Shown: positions 44,169-55,059 of the stretch, in pieces | Layout of the letters: each line of letters begins with the position of its first letter | Position numbering within the stretch: the first letter of the stretch is position 1 | NCBI GenBank assembly: GCA_050252455.1 | Contig: JBFWKW010000002.1 | Span: 43,063-107,062, forward strand | Direction of reading: 5' to 3' | Origin: Campylobacterales bacterium | GTDB lineage: Bacteria > Campylobacterota > Campylobacteria > Campylobacterales > UBA6016 | DNA: 64,000 bases | Made by a program: the position numbers and the translations under genes | The notes under the pieces: generated by a model | Told to the model about the DNA's origin: nothing | Seen by the model: the letters and a program-made list of their open reading frames with translations, nothing else | Database searches by the model: none

Positions 44169-45104
44169 ATGAAGCTAAGCGAAGTAGCGGCGGCAATCGG
44201 ACTAGAAAACGGCGAGGGAATTGAAATAACTTCAATCAACACCCTCAAAGATGCCGTCGAAGGGCAGCTTAGCTTTCTTGATAATCCAAAATATATAAAT
44301 GATCTCAAATCTACAAAAGCTACGGCTGTCATATTGACGGCCGAGAATGCTGCATATCTGCCAAATGACGTGATCGGGCTAATAACGCCGGAACCTTATC
44401 TCAAACTTGCACTTGCCACAAAATTATTTGCCAAACCGCCTTTTGAAGTCGGCGAGCCTGAATATATTAATGAAAGTGCCAAAATAATGCCAAACGCATA
44501 CATAGGCAAAGGGGCAACAATAGGTAAAAACAGTGTTGTCATGTCCGGCGCTTATATCGGGGACTACGCCAAGATAGGTGAAAATACCGTTATTTATCCA
44601 AGTGCGGTCGTTTATAGAGATTGTCACGTCGGCAACAACTGCATCATCCATGCCGGTGCAGTGATAGGCTCGGACGGCTTTGGCTTTGCGCATACAAAAA
44701 CCGGCGAACATGTCAAAATATACCAAAACGGCATAGCAATAATCGAAGATGACGTAGAAATAGGGGCAAACACCGCTATAGACAGAGCCGTATTCGGCGT
44801 CACAAGGGTGAAGCGAGGGGTAAAAATAGACAATCTCGTTCAAATAGGCCATAACTGCGAAATAGGAGAGTACTCTATACTTGTAAGCCAATCCGGTGTC
44901 GCCGGCTCTACAACTCTTGGGCGAAATGTTGTTATGGGCGGACAAAGTGCATCGGCAGGACACCTATCAATAGGCGCATTCGCTACGATAGCCGCGAGAG
45001 GCGGAATAACAAAGTCTATTGACGGCGGCAAAACATATAGCGGCTTCCCGTTGATGGAGCACAAAGAGTGGCTCAAACTACAAGCCAAAATATCGCGTCT
45101 CTAA
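44169..45104 (+). CDS. lpxD: UDP-3-O-(3-hydroxyacyl)glucosamine N-acyltransferase
   Basis: 311 aa. Long left-handed beta-helix hexapeptide region, and GSDGFGFA...G....I.Q.G. Confidence 0.9.
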   Translation: MKLSEVAAAIGLENGEGIEITSINTLKDAVEGQLSFLDNPKYINDLKSTKATAVILTAENAAYLPNDVIGLITPEPYLKLALATKLFAKPPFEVGEPEYINESAKIMPNAYIGKGATIGKNSVVMSGAYIGDYAKIGENTVIYPSAVVYRDCHVGNNCIIHAGAVIGSDGFGFAHTKTGEHVKIYQNGIAIIEDDVEIGANTAIDRAVFGVTRVKRGVKIDNLVQIGHNCEIGEYSILVSQSGVAGSTTLGRNVVMGGQSASAGHLSIGAFATIAARGGITKSIDGGKTYSGFPLMEHKEWLKLQAKISRL

Positions 45105-46616
45105 TTAACTCCTATTTCTATATGAAAGAGCCTCTAAAACATGGGGCTTCTCTATGACGTGAGAGCCTGCCAAATCGGCAATTGTCCTTGCTACCTTTAG
45201 CGTTTTTACCCTCCCTCTCTCGGAAAGTCCAAACCTAATCACGCCCTGTGTCAAAATATCCGCCGCATCGGATGCTATCTCAATATCTTTTATCTCTTTC
45301 TCGTTAAGTCTTGCGTTAAAATCTCTTTGCTTTCTGCGCTTTTGCATCTCAAACGCCCTAAGCACCTCGTCAAATATCATCCCAGAGCTAACATCGGCTT
45401 TTGCATCCTTGTCATACTCTTCCATTTGCACAAACAAATCAATCCTGTCAAGAAACGGCTCGGATAGTCTGCTTTTATACTTTACTATTTCGCTATCTTT
45501 ACACCTGCACTCTTTGGTTTTTGAAAGCAAATTACCGCATGGACACGGATTCATCGAGGCTGCCAATAAAAAATCGGCCTCATATTCGACTTTGGAGTTT
45601 ACCCGTGAAATTAAAATACGGTAGTTTTCCAGCGGCTCTCTTAGCCCCTCCAATAGTGTTTTATCAAAATGCGGCAACTCATCAAGCCAAAGCGTTCCAC
45701 CTGCCGATAGAGCAATCTCACCCATTTGCCCCTCTTTTGAGCCGCCGCCGAGAAGTGCAGACTTGGTAGCATTATTGTGCGGCGCACGAAAAGGGCGAAG
45801 TGGGCGAAAACTAGCTTCCCTACCGTCCAAAAAATCAAGCATAGCAAACTTCAATATCTCTTCCGTCGAACTCGGAGGTAAAATATACCGAAGACGTTTC
45901 ATAATCATGCTTTTGCCGCATCCGGGAGAGCCCTCAAGAATTATATTATGCATTCCCGCGGCAGCTATCATAGCAGCTCTTTTGGCAACCCCCTGCCCTC
46001 TCACCTCGGTAAAATCAAGCTCATATCTATTCTCGTAAAAATATTTTATCCCGTCAATTTCAATAAAATTGGCTTGTATGTCATCGCTACATTCAAAAGG
46101 TTTTGCGTCCTCTTTACATACCATCTCAAAAGCTTCACCAAGGGTTGATGCCGCATAAACCTCTATTGACGATATCCTTGAGATGAACGGCGCACTCTCC
46201 AAAGGAACCACAAACTTTTTTGCCAATCCATCTTTGGCAAGACTAAGAGCTATCGGAAATATCTGATTTGAGTGCTTGAGCGTTCCATCCAAACCCAATT
46301 CGCCCAAATATACGGCATCTTTAAGATTTATTTGCTTTTTGGCACATTCGGACATTATAGAAATCGCTATCGGTAAATCAAAAACGGAACCGCTTTTTTT
46401 GAGGTCGGCCGGAGACAAGTTCACTATTAACTTATAAGGAGGAAGCGCTATTCCCTCTTTTGACAGGGCGGCTTTAACTCTCTCTTTTGATTCTTGGATT
46501 GATGAATCGCCGAGGCCGACGATTGTGAAGGATGGGAGCCCTTTGATGAGAGAGCACTCCACTTGAACGCTAAAAGCTTTTGCCCCCTCAAGCGTAGCGG
46601 AGCGTACTTCGGTCAT
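45105..46616 (-). CDS. comM: YifB/ComM-family Mg-chelatase-like AAA+ ATPase
   Basis: 503 aa. N-terminal Lon-protease-like domain (DLPIAISIM). Walker A EGSPGCGKSM. LWLDELPHF. C-terminal Mg-chelatase-subunit-like region. Confidence 0.85.
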   Translation of the reverse strand: MTEVRSATLEGAKAFSVQVECSLIKGLPSFTIVGLGDSSIQESKERVKAALSKEGIALPPYKLIVNLSPADLKKSGSVFDLPIAISIMSECAKKQINLKDAVYLGELGLDGTLKHSNQIFPIALSLAKDGLAKKFVVPLESAPFISRISSIEVYAASTLGEAFEMVCKEDAKPFECSDDIQANFIEIDGIKYFYENRYELDFTEVRGQGVAKRAAMIAAAGMHNIILEGSPGCGKSMIMKRLRYILPPSSTEEILKFAMLDFLDGREASFRPLRPFRAPHNNATKSALLGGGSKEGQMGEIALSAGGTLWLDELPHFDKTLLEGLREPLENYRILISRVNSKVEYEADFLLAASMNPCPCGNLLSKTKECRCKDSEIVKYKSRLSEPFLDRIDLFVQMEEYDKDAKADVSSGMIFDEVLRAFEMQKRRKQRDFNARLNEKEIKDIEIASDAADILTQGVIRFGLSERGRVKTLKVARTIADLAGSHVIEKPHVLEALSYRNRS

Positions 46617-47131
46617 TTCTTGCCTAGTGCGGCTGAATTTGCCTTGTACTCTTTTTCAAATTTTTTTCTTTTTAAAATAGATAGCCTCTCAAAAAAAAGC
46701 TTGCCGTTTAGATGATCCATCTCGTGTTGAAAAGCTATGGACAGCAAGCCTTCGGCGTTTATCTCATTTTGATTTCCATGCCTATCAAAATATGATACGC
46801 TCACTTTCTCAAATCTAGTTACATCTTCATAAAAATCAGGCACCGACAGACACCCTTCTTTATGTTTTGTCTCGCCCTCTTTTTTGGTTATTTTCGGGTT
46901 TATCGCCTCTATCAAATCGGATATTTTATTACCGTCTTCATCGTAAAGCTCTATAATTAAGGCATTCAAAGGGACACCGACTTGTATAGCCGCAAGGCCT
47001 ATCCCCCCACTCTCAAGCATCGTATCATACATATCGTCAAGAAGCGCATGTAGCGAATCGTCAAACTTGTCGACATCTTTTGAGTGCTGCTTTAGACGTT
47101 TATCCGGGTATGTTATTACCTTTCTTGTCAT
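46613..47131 (-). CDS. def: peptide deformylase
   Basis: 172 aa. GIGLAAIQVG, EGCLS.P, QHEMDHL. Confidence 0.9.
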   Translation of the reverse strand: MTRKVITYPDKRLKQHSKDVDKFDDSLHALLDDMYDTMLESGGIGLAAIQVGVPLNALIIELYDEDGNKISDLIEAINPKITKKEGETKHKEGCLSVPDFYEDVTRFEKVSVSYFDRHGNQNEINAEGLLSIAFQHEMDHLNGKLFFERLSILKRKKFEKEYKANSAALGKK

Positions 47132-47135
47132 TCAC

Positions 47136-48188
47136 TTACTCTCCGACGCAATAAGGAGCATCGCCCTTCTCATCGCATGTTCTAAGAGCGGTCAGCGCAG
47201 ACTCTATGGTCTCATCAACCGTATTTTCTTTGTCAAGGGCAACAATACCCGAGCAAATTTTGAGCTCTATCTCTTTGTCGCCCAAAAAGAAGTTTGTAGA
47301 ACTCATCATGTCATACAATCTCTCTGAAGTTCTGGTTGCATTTTTTATATCGGTATGCTTTAGCAGCAGCGCAAATATTCCCTGCCCAAAGTATGCAACA
47401 ACGTCGCTTCTGCGCGATGTTTTCATAAATAGCTTTGCCATTGTCTTGTTAACAAGGGTAATGCCTTTTTCGCTACCGATATCATCCACGACCTTTGAAG
47501 AGAGGCTAGCAAGAAGCAAGGTGCTGCTGTGGCTATATTTGGCAATCATTTTTTGCTCTTGATCTATCTGGGCGCATAGATATCTCTTGTTGTAGATACC
47601 GTATCTAGCATCAAATATACTCTCGGTCTCAACTTCTTTGACTATATTTGCACTTTTTTGGTAAAGATCTTTGAATACGCCGGCTTGTTTTGACAAAAAG
47701 TTAGCAAGCATCTCGGCATCACTTGAAAGAGTGGTAGCAAAATTTTGAACCGCAGACGGGTTATTGATTCCTTTTGCCTCTTGTGAGCGTTTTTTCGTAG
47801 TTTCTATTACCGATAGAATCTGTTTGTATAGTACCGATACGTTTTGCAGTATATCTTTAACGGAGGTAAAACCCTCTTTGAGTTTTGTCTCAAGAAGCGC
47901 TCTTTTTTCGTCGCCGCCGGTATCTTGGGAGTTAAGCTGCTCGGCTACCTCTTTTCTAAAATCAAAAGGCTTATCTTGTAGCAATGTTTCAAAATAAAGC
48001 TCAAAATAACTAGGAATCGGGGGCAATCCCTCTTCGTTTATCTTTGCTAGCACCTCGGCCGCAAACTCATCAAGTGCGGAACTACCAGATTTTCTTGGAA
48101 CTCCCAATGATTTTTGAGAGTCTCCGCCAAAAGACGGAGATTTTGAACCGCCAAGGCTAGGTTTCAATCCGCTTTTTTGTATAAGCAA
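47136..48188 (-). CDS. GGDEF-like domain protein with degenerate active site
   Basis: 350 aa, TTG start. The C-terminal 160 aa follows the GGDEF fold pattern (DARYGIYNKRYL...). The signature is replaced (YFGQGIFALLL instead of GGDEF/GGEEF) and the upstream metal-binding DxD position reads SLS. Confidence 0.55.
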   Translation of the reverse strand: MLIQKSGLKPSLGGSKSPSFGGDSQKSLGVPRKSGSSALDEFAAEVLAKINEEGLPPIPSYFELYFETLLQDKPFDFRKEVAEQLNSQDTGGDEKRALLETKLKEGFTSVKDILQNVSVLYKQILSVIETTKKRSQEAKGINNPSAVQNFATTLSSDAEMLANFLSKQAGVFKDLYQKSANIVKEVETESIFDARYGIYNKRYLCAQIDQEQKMIAKYSHSSTLLLASLSSKVVDDIGSEKGITLVNKTMAKLFMKTSRRSDVVAYFGQGIFALLLKHTDIKNATRTSERLYDMMSSTNFFLGDKEIELKICSGIVALDKENTVDETIESALTALRTCDEKGDAPYCVGE

Positions 48189-48200
48189 CTTTTCTTACCT

Positions 48201-48788
48201 TTATTTAAAGCTTTTTTCTAACACTTTGTCTATGAGTCCATATTCTTTTGCCTCTGCAGCACCCATAAAAAAGTCTCTCTCCGTATCTGCTACTATTTTA
48301 TCAAGTTTTTGGCCTGTTTGCGCAGCTAAAATAGAGTTTAGCTCATCTTTCATTCTAAGAATCTCTTTTGCCTGAATAGCTATATCGGTAGCCTGACCTT
48401 GCGCACCGCCTAGAGGTTGGTGAATCATTATTCTAGAGTGAGGAAGAGCATATCTCTTGCCTTTTGTGCCGCTAGATAAGAGGAATGCTCCCATAGAAGC
48501 CGCTTGACCTATACAAATAGTACATACGTCAGGCTTAATATATTGCATAGTATCAAATATACTAAAGCCGCTTGTCACTACGCCGCCCGGTGAGTTGATA
48601 TAAAGGAATATATCTTTATCGGGAGCTTCCGCTTCCAAAAACAAAAGTTGTGCGACGACGGTAGAGGCTACCGCATCGTTTATTTCGCCTGATAGAAAAA
48701 TAATTCTATCTTTTAGAAGTCTAGAATATATATCGTAGCTTCGCTCGCCTCTTCCGGTTCGCTCTACGACAAACGGTACATAACTCAT
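48201..48788 (-). CDS. clpP: ATP-dependent Clp protease proteolytic subunit
   Basis: 195 aa. [37 protein letters not shown]. Confidence 0.95.
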   Translation of the reverse strand: MSYVPFVVERTGRGERSYDIYSRLLKDRIIFLSGEINDAVASTVVAQLLFLEAEAPDKDIFLYINSPGGVVTSGFSIFDTMQYIKPDVCTICIGQAASMGAFLLSSGTKGKRYALPHSRIMIHQPLGGAQGQATDIAIQAKEILRMKDELNSILAAQTGQKLDKIVADTERDFFMGAAEAKEYGLIDKVLEKSFK

Positions 48789-48790
48789 TT

Positions 48791-50092
48791 TTATTTATCC
48801 GCCTTTTTTTTGTTTAGTAGGTGGGTAAGCAACTTGTCTTCTATCATAGCCATTTTGATTGCAGGTAGAAGACCTTGTTTTTGATAGTATTCAAGCATAG
48901 CTTTTGGCTCAGCTCCCATACCCATTGCTTCGTAGAATATAGCTTGTACAAGCTCGTTATCGTTAACGGCGATACCCTCTTTTCTAGCAAGCTCATCGAT
49001 AAGGAATGTAGCTTTTACGCTTTTTTCAGCTTCGGCTCTCATCTCTTCTCTCATTGCTTTTACTTTATCTTCGGCATCTTTTAGGGCCATTATCTCTTCT
49101 TCGCTCATAGAGCCTACCTTGCCCCTGAACATCAAGTCCATTTCCTGTTCCACTATCATATCAGGAAGGTCAAAGCTGTATTTTCCGACAAGAACTTCTA
49201 TCAGTTTTGGCTTAAGCTCATCGGTGAAAAGTTTTGTAGTTTTTTCACTTTTTAGCTGCTCTTCTATAACGTTTTTTAGTTTTTCAAGGTTTGCCTCAGC
49301 GTCTTCAGGCATCATTTTTTTAGCAAGTTCGTCATCAACAGTTACGTCGGCTTTTACTTGTATACCTTTTAGGTTTACTTTAAATACGGCTGTTTTTCCG
49401 GCAAGGTCTTTGTTGCCGTACTCTGCAGGGAATACAACTTCAAACTCTTTTTCTTCGCCGATTTTCATTTTTTCAAGATTTTTCTCGAAATCAGGGAGGA
49501 ATCTACCGCCGCCAAGCTCGACAACCATATCGTCGGCTTTGCCGCCTGCGAACTCTACGCCGTCAACGGTTCCTACAAAGTCGATAGTAAGGAAGTCGCC
49601 TTTTTTGGTCATTCTCTTACCTTCGTAAGTTTCAAGAGGAGCCATAGCTTTTGCCATTGTCTCTATTCTCTCTAGTAGCTCTTTTTCAGCTATTTCAACT
49701 TCTTTAAAGTCAGGAATTAGTTTTTCAATGTTGTCAAACGCAATTTCAGGTCTCATAGAGAAGCTGATTTCCGCTTCAATACCGCCCTCTTTTTCTTCAA
49801 ACTTTGTAACAAGCGGCTGACCGACTAGGTCTTTTTGCTCTACGCCAAGTTCTTTTAGTCCGTTGTTTAGAGCTTCCGTAATTACCTCTTGTCTAGCGTC
49901 TTCTTGTATTTTTTCGCCGTATCTTTTCTCAACTACCGCCGCAGGAGTTTTACCTTTTCTAAAACCGTCTACTTTTACGTTTTTAGCGATATTAGCCGCT
50001 ATTTTTTTTGCTTTTGAATCCAAAATATCTTTAGATACTTTTACTTCTATTTTGCCGTTCGCGCTATTTTTTTTGCTTGCCGATAACTTCAT
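48791..50092 (-). CDS. tig: trigger factor
   Basis: 433 aa. GFRKGK.P motif. Central FKBP-type PPIase region. Located directly upstream of clpP. Confidence 0.9.
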   Translation of the reverse strand: MKLSASKKNSANGKIEVKVSKDILDSKAKKIAANIAKNVKVDGFRKGKTPAAVVEKRYGEKIQEDARQEVITEALNNGLKELGVEQKDLVGQPLVTKFEEKEGGIEAEISFSMRPEIAFDNIEKLIPDFKEVEIAEKELLERIETMAKAMAPLETYEGKRMTKKGDFLTIDFVGTVDGVEFAGGKADDMVVELGGGRFLPDFEKNLEKMKIGEEKEFEVVFPAEYGNKDLAGKTAVFKVNLKGIQVKADVTVDDELAKKMMPEDAEANLEKLKNVIEEQLKSEKTTKLFTDELKPKLIEVLVGKYSFDLPDMIVEQEMDLMFRGKVGSMSEEEIMALKDAEDKVKAMREEMRAEAEKSVKATFLIDELARKEGIAVNDNELVQAIFYEAMGMGAEPKAMLEYYQKQGLLPAIKMAMIEDKLLTHLLNKKKADK

Positions 50093-50227
50093 ACGTTTCC
50101 TTAAAACCTAAAATTTTTTGTTTAAAATAGGCTGATTTTATCAAAAATATCTTTATTGTACGGGCTTACACAACAGCCCATTTTTGTTATATTTACGCAA
50201 AAGGTTCAAACAAGGAAACAGGACTTA

Positions 50228-50806
50228 ATGGGCAAAGAGAAAAGAATAGAAGAGCTTGTACGAGAGCTTTTAGAGCTAGTCGGCGAAGATGCCGACAGAG
50301 AGGGGCTAATAAAGACTCCTCATAGGGTTGCCAAAGCATATGGACATATCTTCGGCGGATACGAAAAAGACCCGAAAGAGGCGTTAAACGATGCGCTATT
50401 TGAGAGCAAAAGCTCGGAGATGGTTGTAGTCCGTGATATAGAGTTCTACTCCATGTGCGAACACCACATGCTCCCTTTTTTCGGGCGAGTTCATGTGGCA
50501 TACATCCCAAACGGCAAAGTAGTGGGACTCTCCAAAATCCCAAGGGTCGTGGATATATTTGCTAGACGACTTCAAATACAAGAGCAGTTGACCGAGCAGA
50601 TAGCCGACGCTCTAATGGATGTCATCAATCCGCTAGGCGTAGGGGTCGTAGTATCGGCAAGACACATGTGCATGGAGATGAGGGGTGTTGAAAAAATGCA
50701 CGCCTCCACCACGACCTCTTCGCTTAGAGGGCTTTTTATGAAGGATGCGAGAACTAGAGACGAGTTTTACTCAATTATAAATACGCCGCAAGGTAATAGG
50801 TTTTAA
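50228..50806 (+). CDS. folE: GTP cyclohydrolase I
   Basis: ORF 50156..50806 trimmed to ATG 50228. [31 protein letters not shown]. Confidence 0.9.
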   Translation: MGKEKRIEELVRELLELVGEDADREGLIKTPHRVAKAYGHIFGGYEKDPKEALNDALFESKSSEMVVVRDIEFYSMCEHHMLPFFGRVHVAYIPNGKVVGLSKIPRVVDIFARRLQIQEQLTEQIADALMDVINPLGVGVVVSARHMCMEMRGVEKMHASTTTSSLRGLFMKDARTRDEFYSIINTPQGNRF

Positions 50807-52116
50807 TGCCGCTTAGCCATCTACAAAACAAGCTAAACAAAATCAACTTATCACCTGCATTTGCGGTAATCACGAAAGTGAACGCTACAAACTTCGAGGC
50901 GATAGGCCTTCGCCCTAGTGTCGGCGATATAGTACGGGTCTCATCGGTAGAAGATAAAAATGAGAGCCTCGGGATGGTGACGGCTCTGGATGAGAGTAAA
51001 TTTAGCATCTCTCCTTTCGGATTTGTCGAAGGGTTTAAGATAGGGGACCGTGTTTACGCATCGGAAACGGGGCTCAAAATCCCTGTCGGAGAAGGGCTAC
51101 TCGGACGTGTCGTAAATCCGCTAATGAAGCCGATAGACGGCAAAGGTGATATGGAGCTAGACGAGCTAATGAACGTCATACGCCCACCCGTGGCCGCCAT
51201 GAAAAGAGGGCTTATAGACGAAGTATTCTCCGTTGGGGTCAAGACGATAGACGGACTGCTCACCTGCGGCAAAGGGCAAAAGCTCGGTATATTCGCAGGC
51301 TCGGGTGTCGGTAAATCAACCTTGATGGGTATGATAGTAGAGGGGTGCAGCGCCAAAATAAAAGTCGTAGCGCTGATAGGTGAGAGGGGCAGAGAGGTCC
51401 CTGAATTTATAGAAAAAAACCTCGGCGGAGACCTGACAAACACCGTCATAGTTGTAGCAACCTCGGACGACTCGGCTTTGATGCGAAAGTATGGGGCGTT
51501 TGCGGCAATGAGCGTGGCGGAGTACTTTAAAGAGCAAGGGCATGATGTACTTTTTATGATGGACTCGGTGACCCGTTTTGCGATGGCACAGCGCGAAATA
51601 GGACTTGCCCTGGGTGAGCCTCCGACCACCAAAGGATATCCGCCATCCACCCTCTCACTACTCCCGCAACTAATGGAGAGAGCCGGAAAAGAGGAAGGCA
51701 AAGGCTCGATAACCGCATTTTTTACCGTACTTGTCGAAGGGGACGATATGTCCGATCCGATAGCGGATCAGTCCCGTTCTATCCTAGACGGTCACTTTGT
51801 CCTTGATAGGAGCCTAACTGACTTTGGTATCTATCCACCGATAAACATCCTAAATTCCGCCTCAAGACTCATGAACGACATAGTCTCAAAAGATCACAAA
51901 ATGGCGGCATTTAAGTTTCGCAGGCTCTACGCAACGCTAAAAGAAAACGAGGTGCTTATACGGATAGGGGCATACCAAAAAGGGTCTGACCCGGAAATAG
52001 ACGAGGCAATTAATAAAAAAGAGTCGATAGAGAATTTCCTAAAGCAAGACAAAGACGAACAAATACCTTTTGAACAGACCGTCACGGAGCTTACGGCATT
52101 GGCGGCGAATGGGTAA
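50806..52116 (+). CDS. fliI: flagellum-specific (type III) ATPase
   Basis: 436 aa. Walker A GSGVGKST. LIGERGREV. MDSVTRFA.AQREI. TAATG overlap with the folE stop. Confidence 0.9.
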   Translation: MPLSHLQNKLNKINLSPAFAVITKVNATNFEAIGLRPSVGDIVRVSSVEDKNESLGMVTALDESKFSISPFGFVEGFKIGDRVYASETGLKIPVGEGLLGRVVNPLMKPIDGKGDMELDELMNVIRPPVAAMKRGLIDEVFSVGVKTIDGLLTCGKGQKLGIFAGSGVGKSTLMGMIVEGCSAKIKVVALIGERGREVPEFIEKNLGGDLTNTVIVVATSDDSALMRKYGAFAAMSVAEYFKEQGHDVLFMMDSVTRFAMAQREIGLALGEPPTTKGYPPSTLSLLPQLMERAGKEEGKGSITAFFTVLVEGDDMSDPIADQSRSILDGHFVLDRSLTDFGIYPPINILNSASRLMNDIVSKDHKMAAFKFRRLYATLKENEVLIRIGAYQKGSDPEIDEAINKKESIENFLKQDKDEQIPFEQTVTELTALAANG

Positions 52117-52933
52117 AAATAACTTTTTTGAGCTAGTTTGGGATGCGCTAAATGAAAGTGCGCCGGATGAGAAAACAAAAAAAACATATGCACTTTGGGA
52201 GAGGTTTGAGGCGGGAGAGTTTGAAGACTTTGACGGTGATGAGCCGACTTTCCAAGAAAAACCCTCATACTCCTCTTTTTGCGAAATCAAACACCCCTCA
52301 AAAGTAGAAAAAAGACGGAATCTGGACACGGACGAAGGCAAAGCCCGCTTTTTGCATGCCATAGCACACATCGAGTACAGCGCCATAGACCTTGCCCTTG
52401 ACGCATGCCACAGCTTCCGCGCTCTGCCAAAAGAGTTTTACCGCGATTGGCTAGAGGTTGCCAAAGAGGAGTGCGACCATTTTTTGATGTTAATATCTCT
52501 GCTCACAAAAGCGGGTGGCAAATACGGCGATTACCCCGTGCATGCGTCGCTTTTTGAGGCGTGTCGCAAATCACCTACGCTTCTCAAAAGAATGGCTGCA
52601 ATTCCAAGATGGCTAGAGGCAGGCGGACTGGACGCAAACAGCAAAATGAGGGCAAGAATAGAGAGAGCGGGCGGCGAGCTATCACAAGAGGTACTAAGTG
52701 TGCTAGACATCATACTAAGAGACGAGATAGACCATGTAACCAAGGGAACAAAGTGGTTTTTATATGCTTGTGAAAAAGAGAGTGTGTCACCGGATACCTA
52801 CTTTGATATAGTGGAATCTGTACTGCCAAACTCGGTCAAACAAAAAGAGGATATCAACATCGAAGCAAGGCTAAAAGCCGGATTTAGGTGCGAAGAGATA
52901 AAAAAACTAACTACAAAAGAGACGAAATGCTAG
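52109..52933 (+). CDS. DUF455-family ferritin-like (di-iron) protein
   Basis: ORF 52070..52933 trimmed to ATG 52109 (8-nt overlap with fliI). HAIAHIEYSAIDLALD and EE.DHF / DE.DH blocks are typical of DUF455. Confidence 0.7.
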   Translation: MGKNNFFELVWDALNESAPDEKTKKTYALWERFEAGEFEDFDGDEPTFQEKPSYSSFCEIKHPSKVEKRRNLDTDEGKARFLHAIAHIEYSAIDLALDACHSFRALPKEFYRDWLEVAKEECDHFLMLISLLTKAGGKYGDYPVHASLFEACRKSPTLLKRMAAIPRWLEAGGLDANSKMRARIERAGGELSQEVLSVLDIILRDEIDHVTKGTKWFLYACEKESVSPDTYFDIVESVLPNSVKQKEDINIEARLKAGFRCEEIKKLTTKETKC

Positions 52934-53934
52934 AACTTTATAGTGAAAATTTATTAGAACTTGGAGAGAAGGCCGACAAAGTAAGACGGCAGATGTGGAG
53001 TGATAAGCTATTTTTTAACTCCAACAAACATATCAATCCGACCAATATCTGTAAAGATGTCTGTAAATTCTGCGCGTTCTCCGCTAGCCGCAAAAACCCG
53101 AACAAATACGCCCTGGGCATAGAAGAGATAATGAGCGACCTTGCTCCTTACGCTCCGCATATAACGGAAGTTCACATCGTGGGTGCCCACAACCCGGATA
53201 TGGGGCTCTCCTACTACGGCGAGCTTTTCGGCGCTATCAAAAAAGCCCATCCGCATCTGCATATCAAAGCACTAACGGCAGCAGAGGTGAACTTCCTGTC
53301 CGAGCTTGAAAAAATGCCCTATGAAGCGGTACTGGAAAAAATGGCAGAGCTGGGCGTGGATTCAATGCCGGGCGGCGGCGCCGAGATATTTGACGAAGCA
53401 ACTAGAAGCTATATCGCAAAAGGGAAAGTAAGCAGCGAAAACTGGCTTCGTATTCATGAGCTTTGGCACAAAATGGGCAAAAAATCAAATGCAACGATGC
53501 TTTTTGGGCATGTGGAGACGAGGGCGCACAGGATAGACCACATAGAGAGAATCAAAAAGCTACAAGACAAAACGGGCGGTTTTAACGCTTTTATTCCCCT
53601 CGTTTACAATGTGGAAAACAACTTTTTAAACGTACCGCATCCCGTAAGCGGACATGAGATACTAAAAACGATAGCAATAAGCCGTCTAATGCTTGACAAT
53701 GTACCTCACATCAAAGCGTATTGGGTTGCGGCAAGCCTGAATTTGGCATTGGTAGCGGCGGAGTTTGGCGCCGATGATTTGGACGGTACGATACAAACGG
53801 AGTCTATTATCTCGAAAGCCGGAGCGGCAAGTAAAGGGGGAGTATCAAAGGAGCTATTGGTCTCTTATATAAAAGACGCAGGCTTCTCTCCCGTCGAGAG
53901 AGATAGCCTATACAATGAATTAAGAGCCTACTAA
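52927..53934 (+). CDS. menaquinone (futalosine pathway) radical SAM enzyme, MqnE/MqnC family
   Basis: ORF 52888..53934 trimmed to ATG 52927. HINPTNICKDVCKFCAFS contains CxxxCxxC. The C-terminal half is typical of MqnC/MqnE. I cannot separate the two by eye. Confidence 0.75.
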   Translation: MLELYSENLLELGEKADKVRRQMWSDKLFFNSNKHINPTNICKDVCKFCAFSASRKNPNKYALGIEEIMSDLAPYAPHITEVHIVGAHNPDMGLSYYGELFGAIKKAHPHLHIKALTAAEVNFLSELEKMPYEAVLEKMAELGVDSMPGGGAEIFDEATRSYIAKGKVSSENWLRIHELWHKMGKKSNATMLFGHVETRAHRIDHIERIKKLQDKTGGFNAFIPLVYNVENNFLNVPHPVSGHEILKTIAISRLMLDNVPHIKAYWVAASLNLALVAAEFGADDLDGTIQTESIISKAGAASKGGVSKELLVSYIKDAGFSPVERDSLYNELRAY

Positions 53935-54950
53935 GCTATAAATCTAACTAAAGCATAGCCGCCAAAAAGGAGCCAAGCAAACAAAATCAACGCAAGATAT
54001 ACAGGCTTCATGCCTACATTTTTTATCTTATTGAAATTTGTTTCGATACCAAGTGCGGCCATCGCCATCGTAAGAAGGAAAGTATCTATCGAATTGATAG
54101 TGCTTACTGCAATTTTTGGCAGCAAATCAAGAGAGTTAAATCCGACAACAATCAAAAAATAAACCGCAAACCACGGAATCATAATCTCGCTTTTTTGTCT
54201 GCTATTTTTACCGCTTCTTGATATGAAATAAGCAAGAGCGATAAGAAACGGAGCAAGCATCATAACCCTCGTCATTTTGACGATTACCGCCGTAGTTCCC
54301 GCGTCTTCGCCTACGGCATTTCCTGCTACAACTACTTGAGCTACCTCGTGTATCGTAGCTCCAACGAATATTCCGTATTCTTTTGCATCAAAACCTAATA
54401 TCCCGGAATTATAAAGAACGGGATACAAAAACATAGAAATAGTACCGAATATTACAACGGTGGCAACCGCCATGGAGACTTTGTGCGGCTCACTCTTTAG
54501 TGTCCCCTCGGTCGCTATTACCGCTGCAGCGCCACATATCGCGGCACCAGAGCCTATCAGCATAGATGAGTCTCTATCTAGTCCAAAAAATCTAGTGCCA
54601 AGCTGCCAGCCAAGCAAGAAAGTTCCTATCACGATAACCGCATCAATTATGAGAGCTTCGGCCCCGACACCGAATACTTGTCCGTAAGTAACCCTAAAAC
54701 CGTAAAAAACAACGGCAAATCTCAGTATTTTCTTGGATGAAAAAACTATCCCGGGCGCCCATTCGGAGGGCAATTTATGTCTTAAGGTGTTGCCGTATAT
54801 CATTCCAAATATAATAGCCACGACAAGCGGACTAACGCCGACACTGCTTATAAACGGCAGCTCCGAGATATACATAGAAGCAAACGCGAAAAGCGATACG
54901 AACCAAATCCCGCTGAGCGTACTTGCTCTATTTTGCATCGAAAATGACAC
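53931..54950 (-). CDS. YeiH-family (UPF0324) membrane protein
   Basis: 339 aa, about 10 TM. Paired divergently with a LysR regulator, as with yeiH/yeiE. Confidence 0.75.
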   Translation of the reverse strand: MSFSMQNRASTLSGIWFVSLFAFASMYISELPFISSVGVSPLVVAIIFGMIYGNTLRHKLPSEWAPGIVFSSKKILRFAVVFYGFRVTYGQVFGVGAEALIIDAVIVIGTFLLGWQLGTRFFGLDRDSSMLIGSGAAICGAAAVIATEGTLKSEPHKVSMAVATVVIFGTISMFLYPVLYNSGILGFDAKEYGIFVGATIHEVAQVVVAGNAVGEDAGTTAVIVKMTRVMMLAPFLIALAYFISRSGKNSRQKSEIMIPWFAVYFLIVVGFNSLDLLPKIAVSTINSIDTFLLTMAMAALGIETNFNKIKNVGMKPVYLALILFAWLLFGGYALVRFIA

Positions 54951-55059
54951 TTTAACTCCTTACGAAAATCTTAAAATAATTATAACCCAAAAGCAGAAAT
55001 AAGTAAAATAAAATTATTTGTGGTATAATCATCAAAAAGATATATCAAGAGGCAATCCT

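Noticed and set aside
43778-44963. 184-aa and 179-aa minus-strand ORFs antisense to ilvH/lpxD
   Set aside because: The sense-strand genes are unambiguous (ACT-domain IlvH, hexapeptide LpxD). The hexapeptide-repeat DNA periodicity generates long antisense frames.
49119-49628. 169-aa plus-strand ORF antisense to trigger factor
   Set aside because: It is a Ser/Phe-rich shadow of the K/E-rich tig gene.
50160-50200. Small hairpin GGGCT-tacacaac-AGCCC followed by ATTTTTG upstream of folE (possible terminator, attenuator or sRNA end)
   Set aside because: The stem is only 5 bp and there is no supporting upstream transcript feature. This is too weak to call.
51054-51701. 215-aa minus-strand ORF antisense to fliI
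   Set aside because: fliI is unambiguous (Walker A/B, F1-type ATPase blocks). The antisense product is a Ser/Pro-rich shadow.
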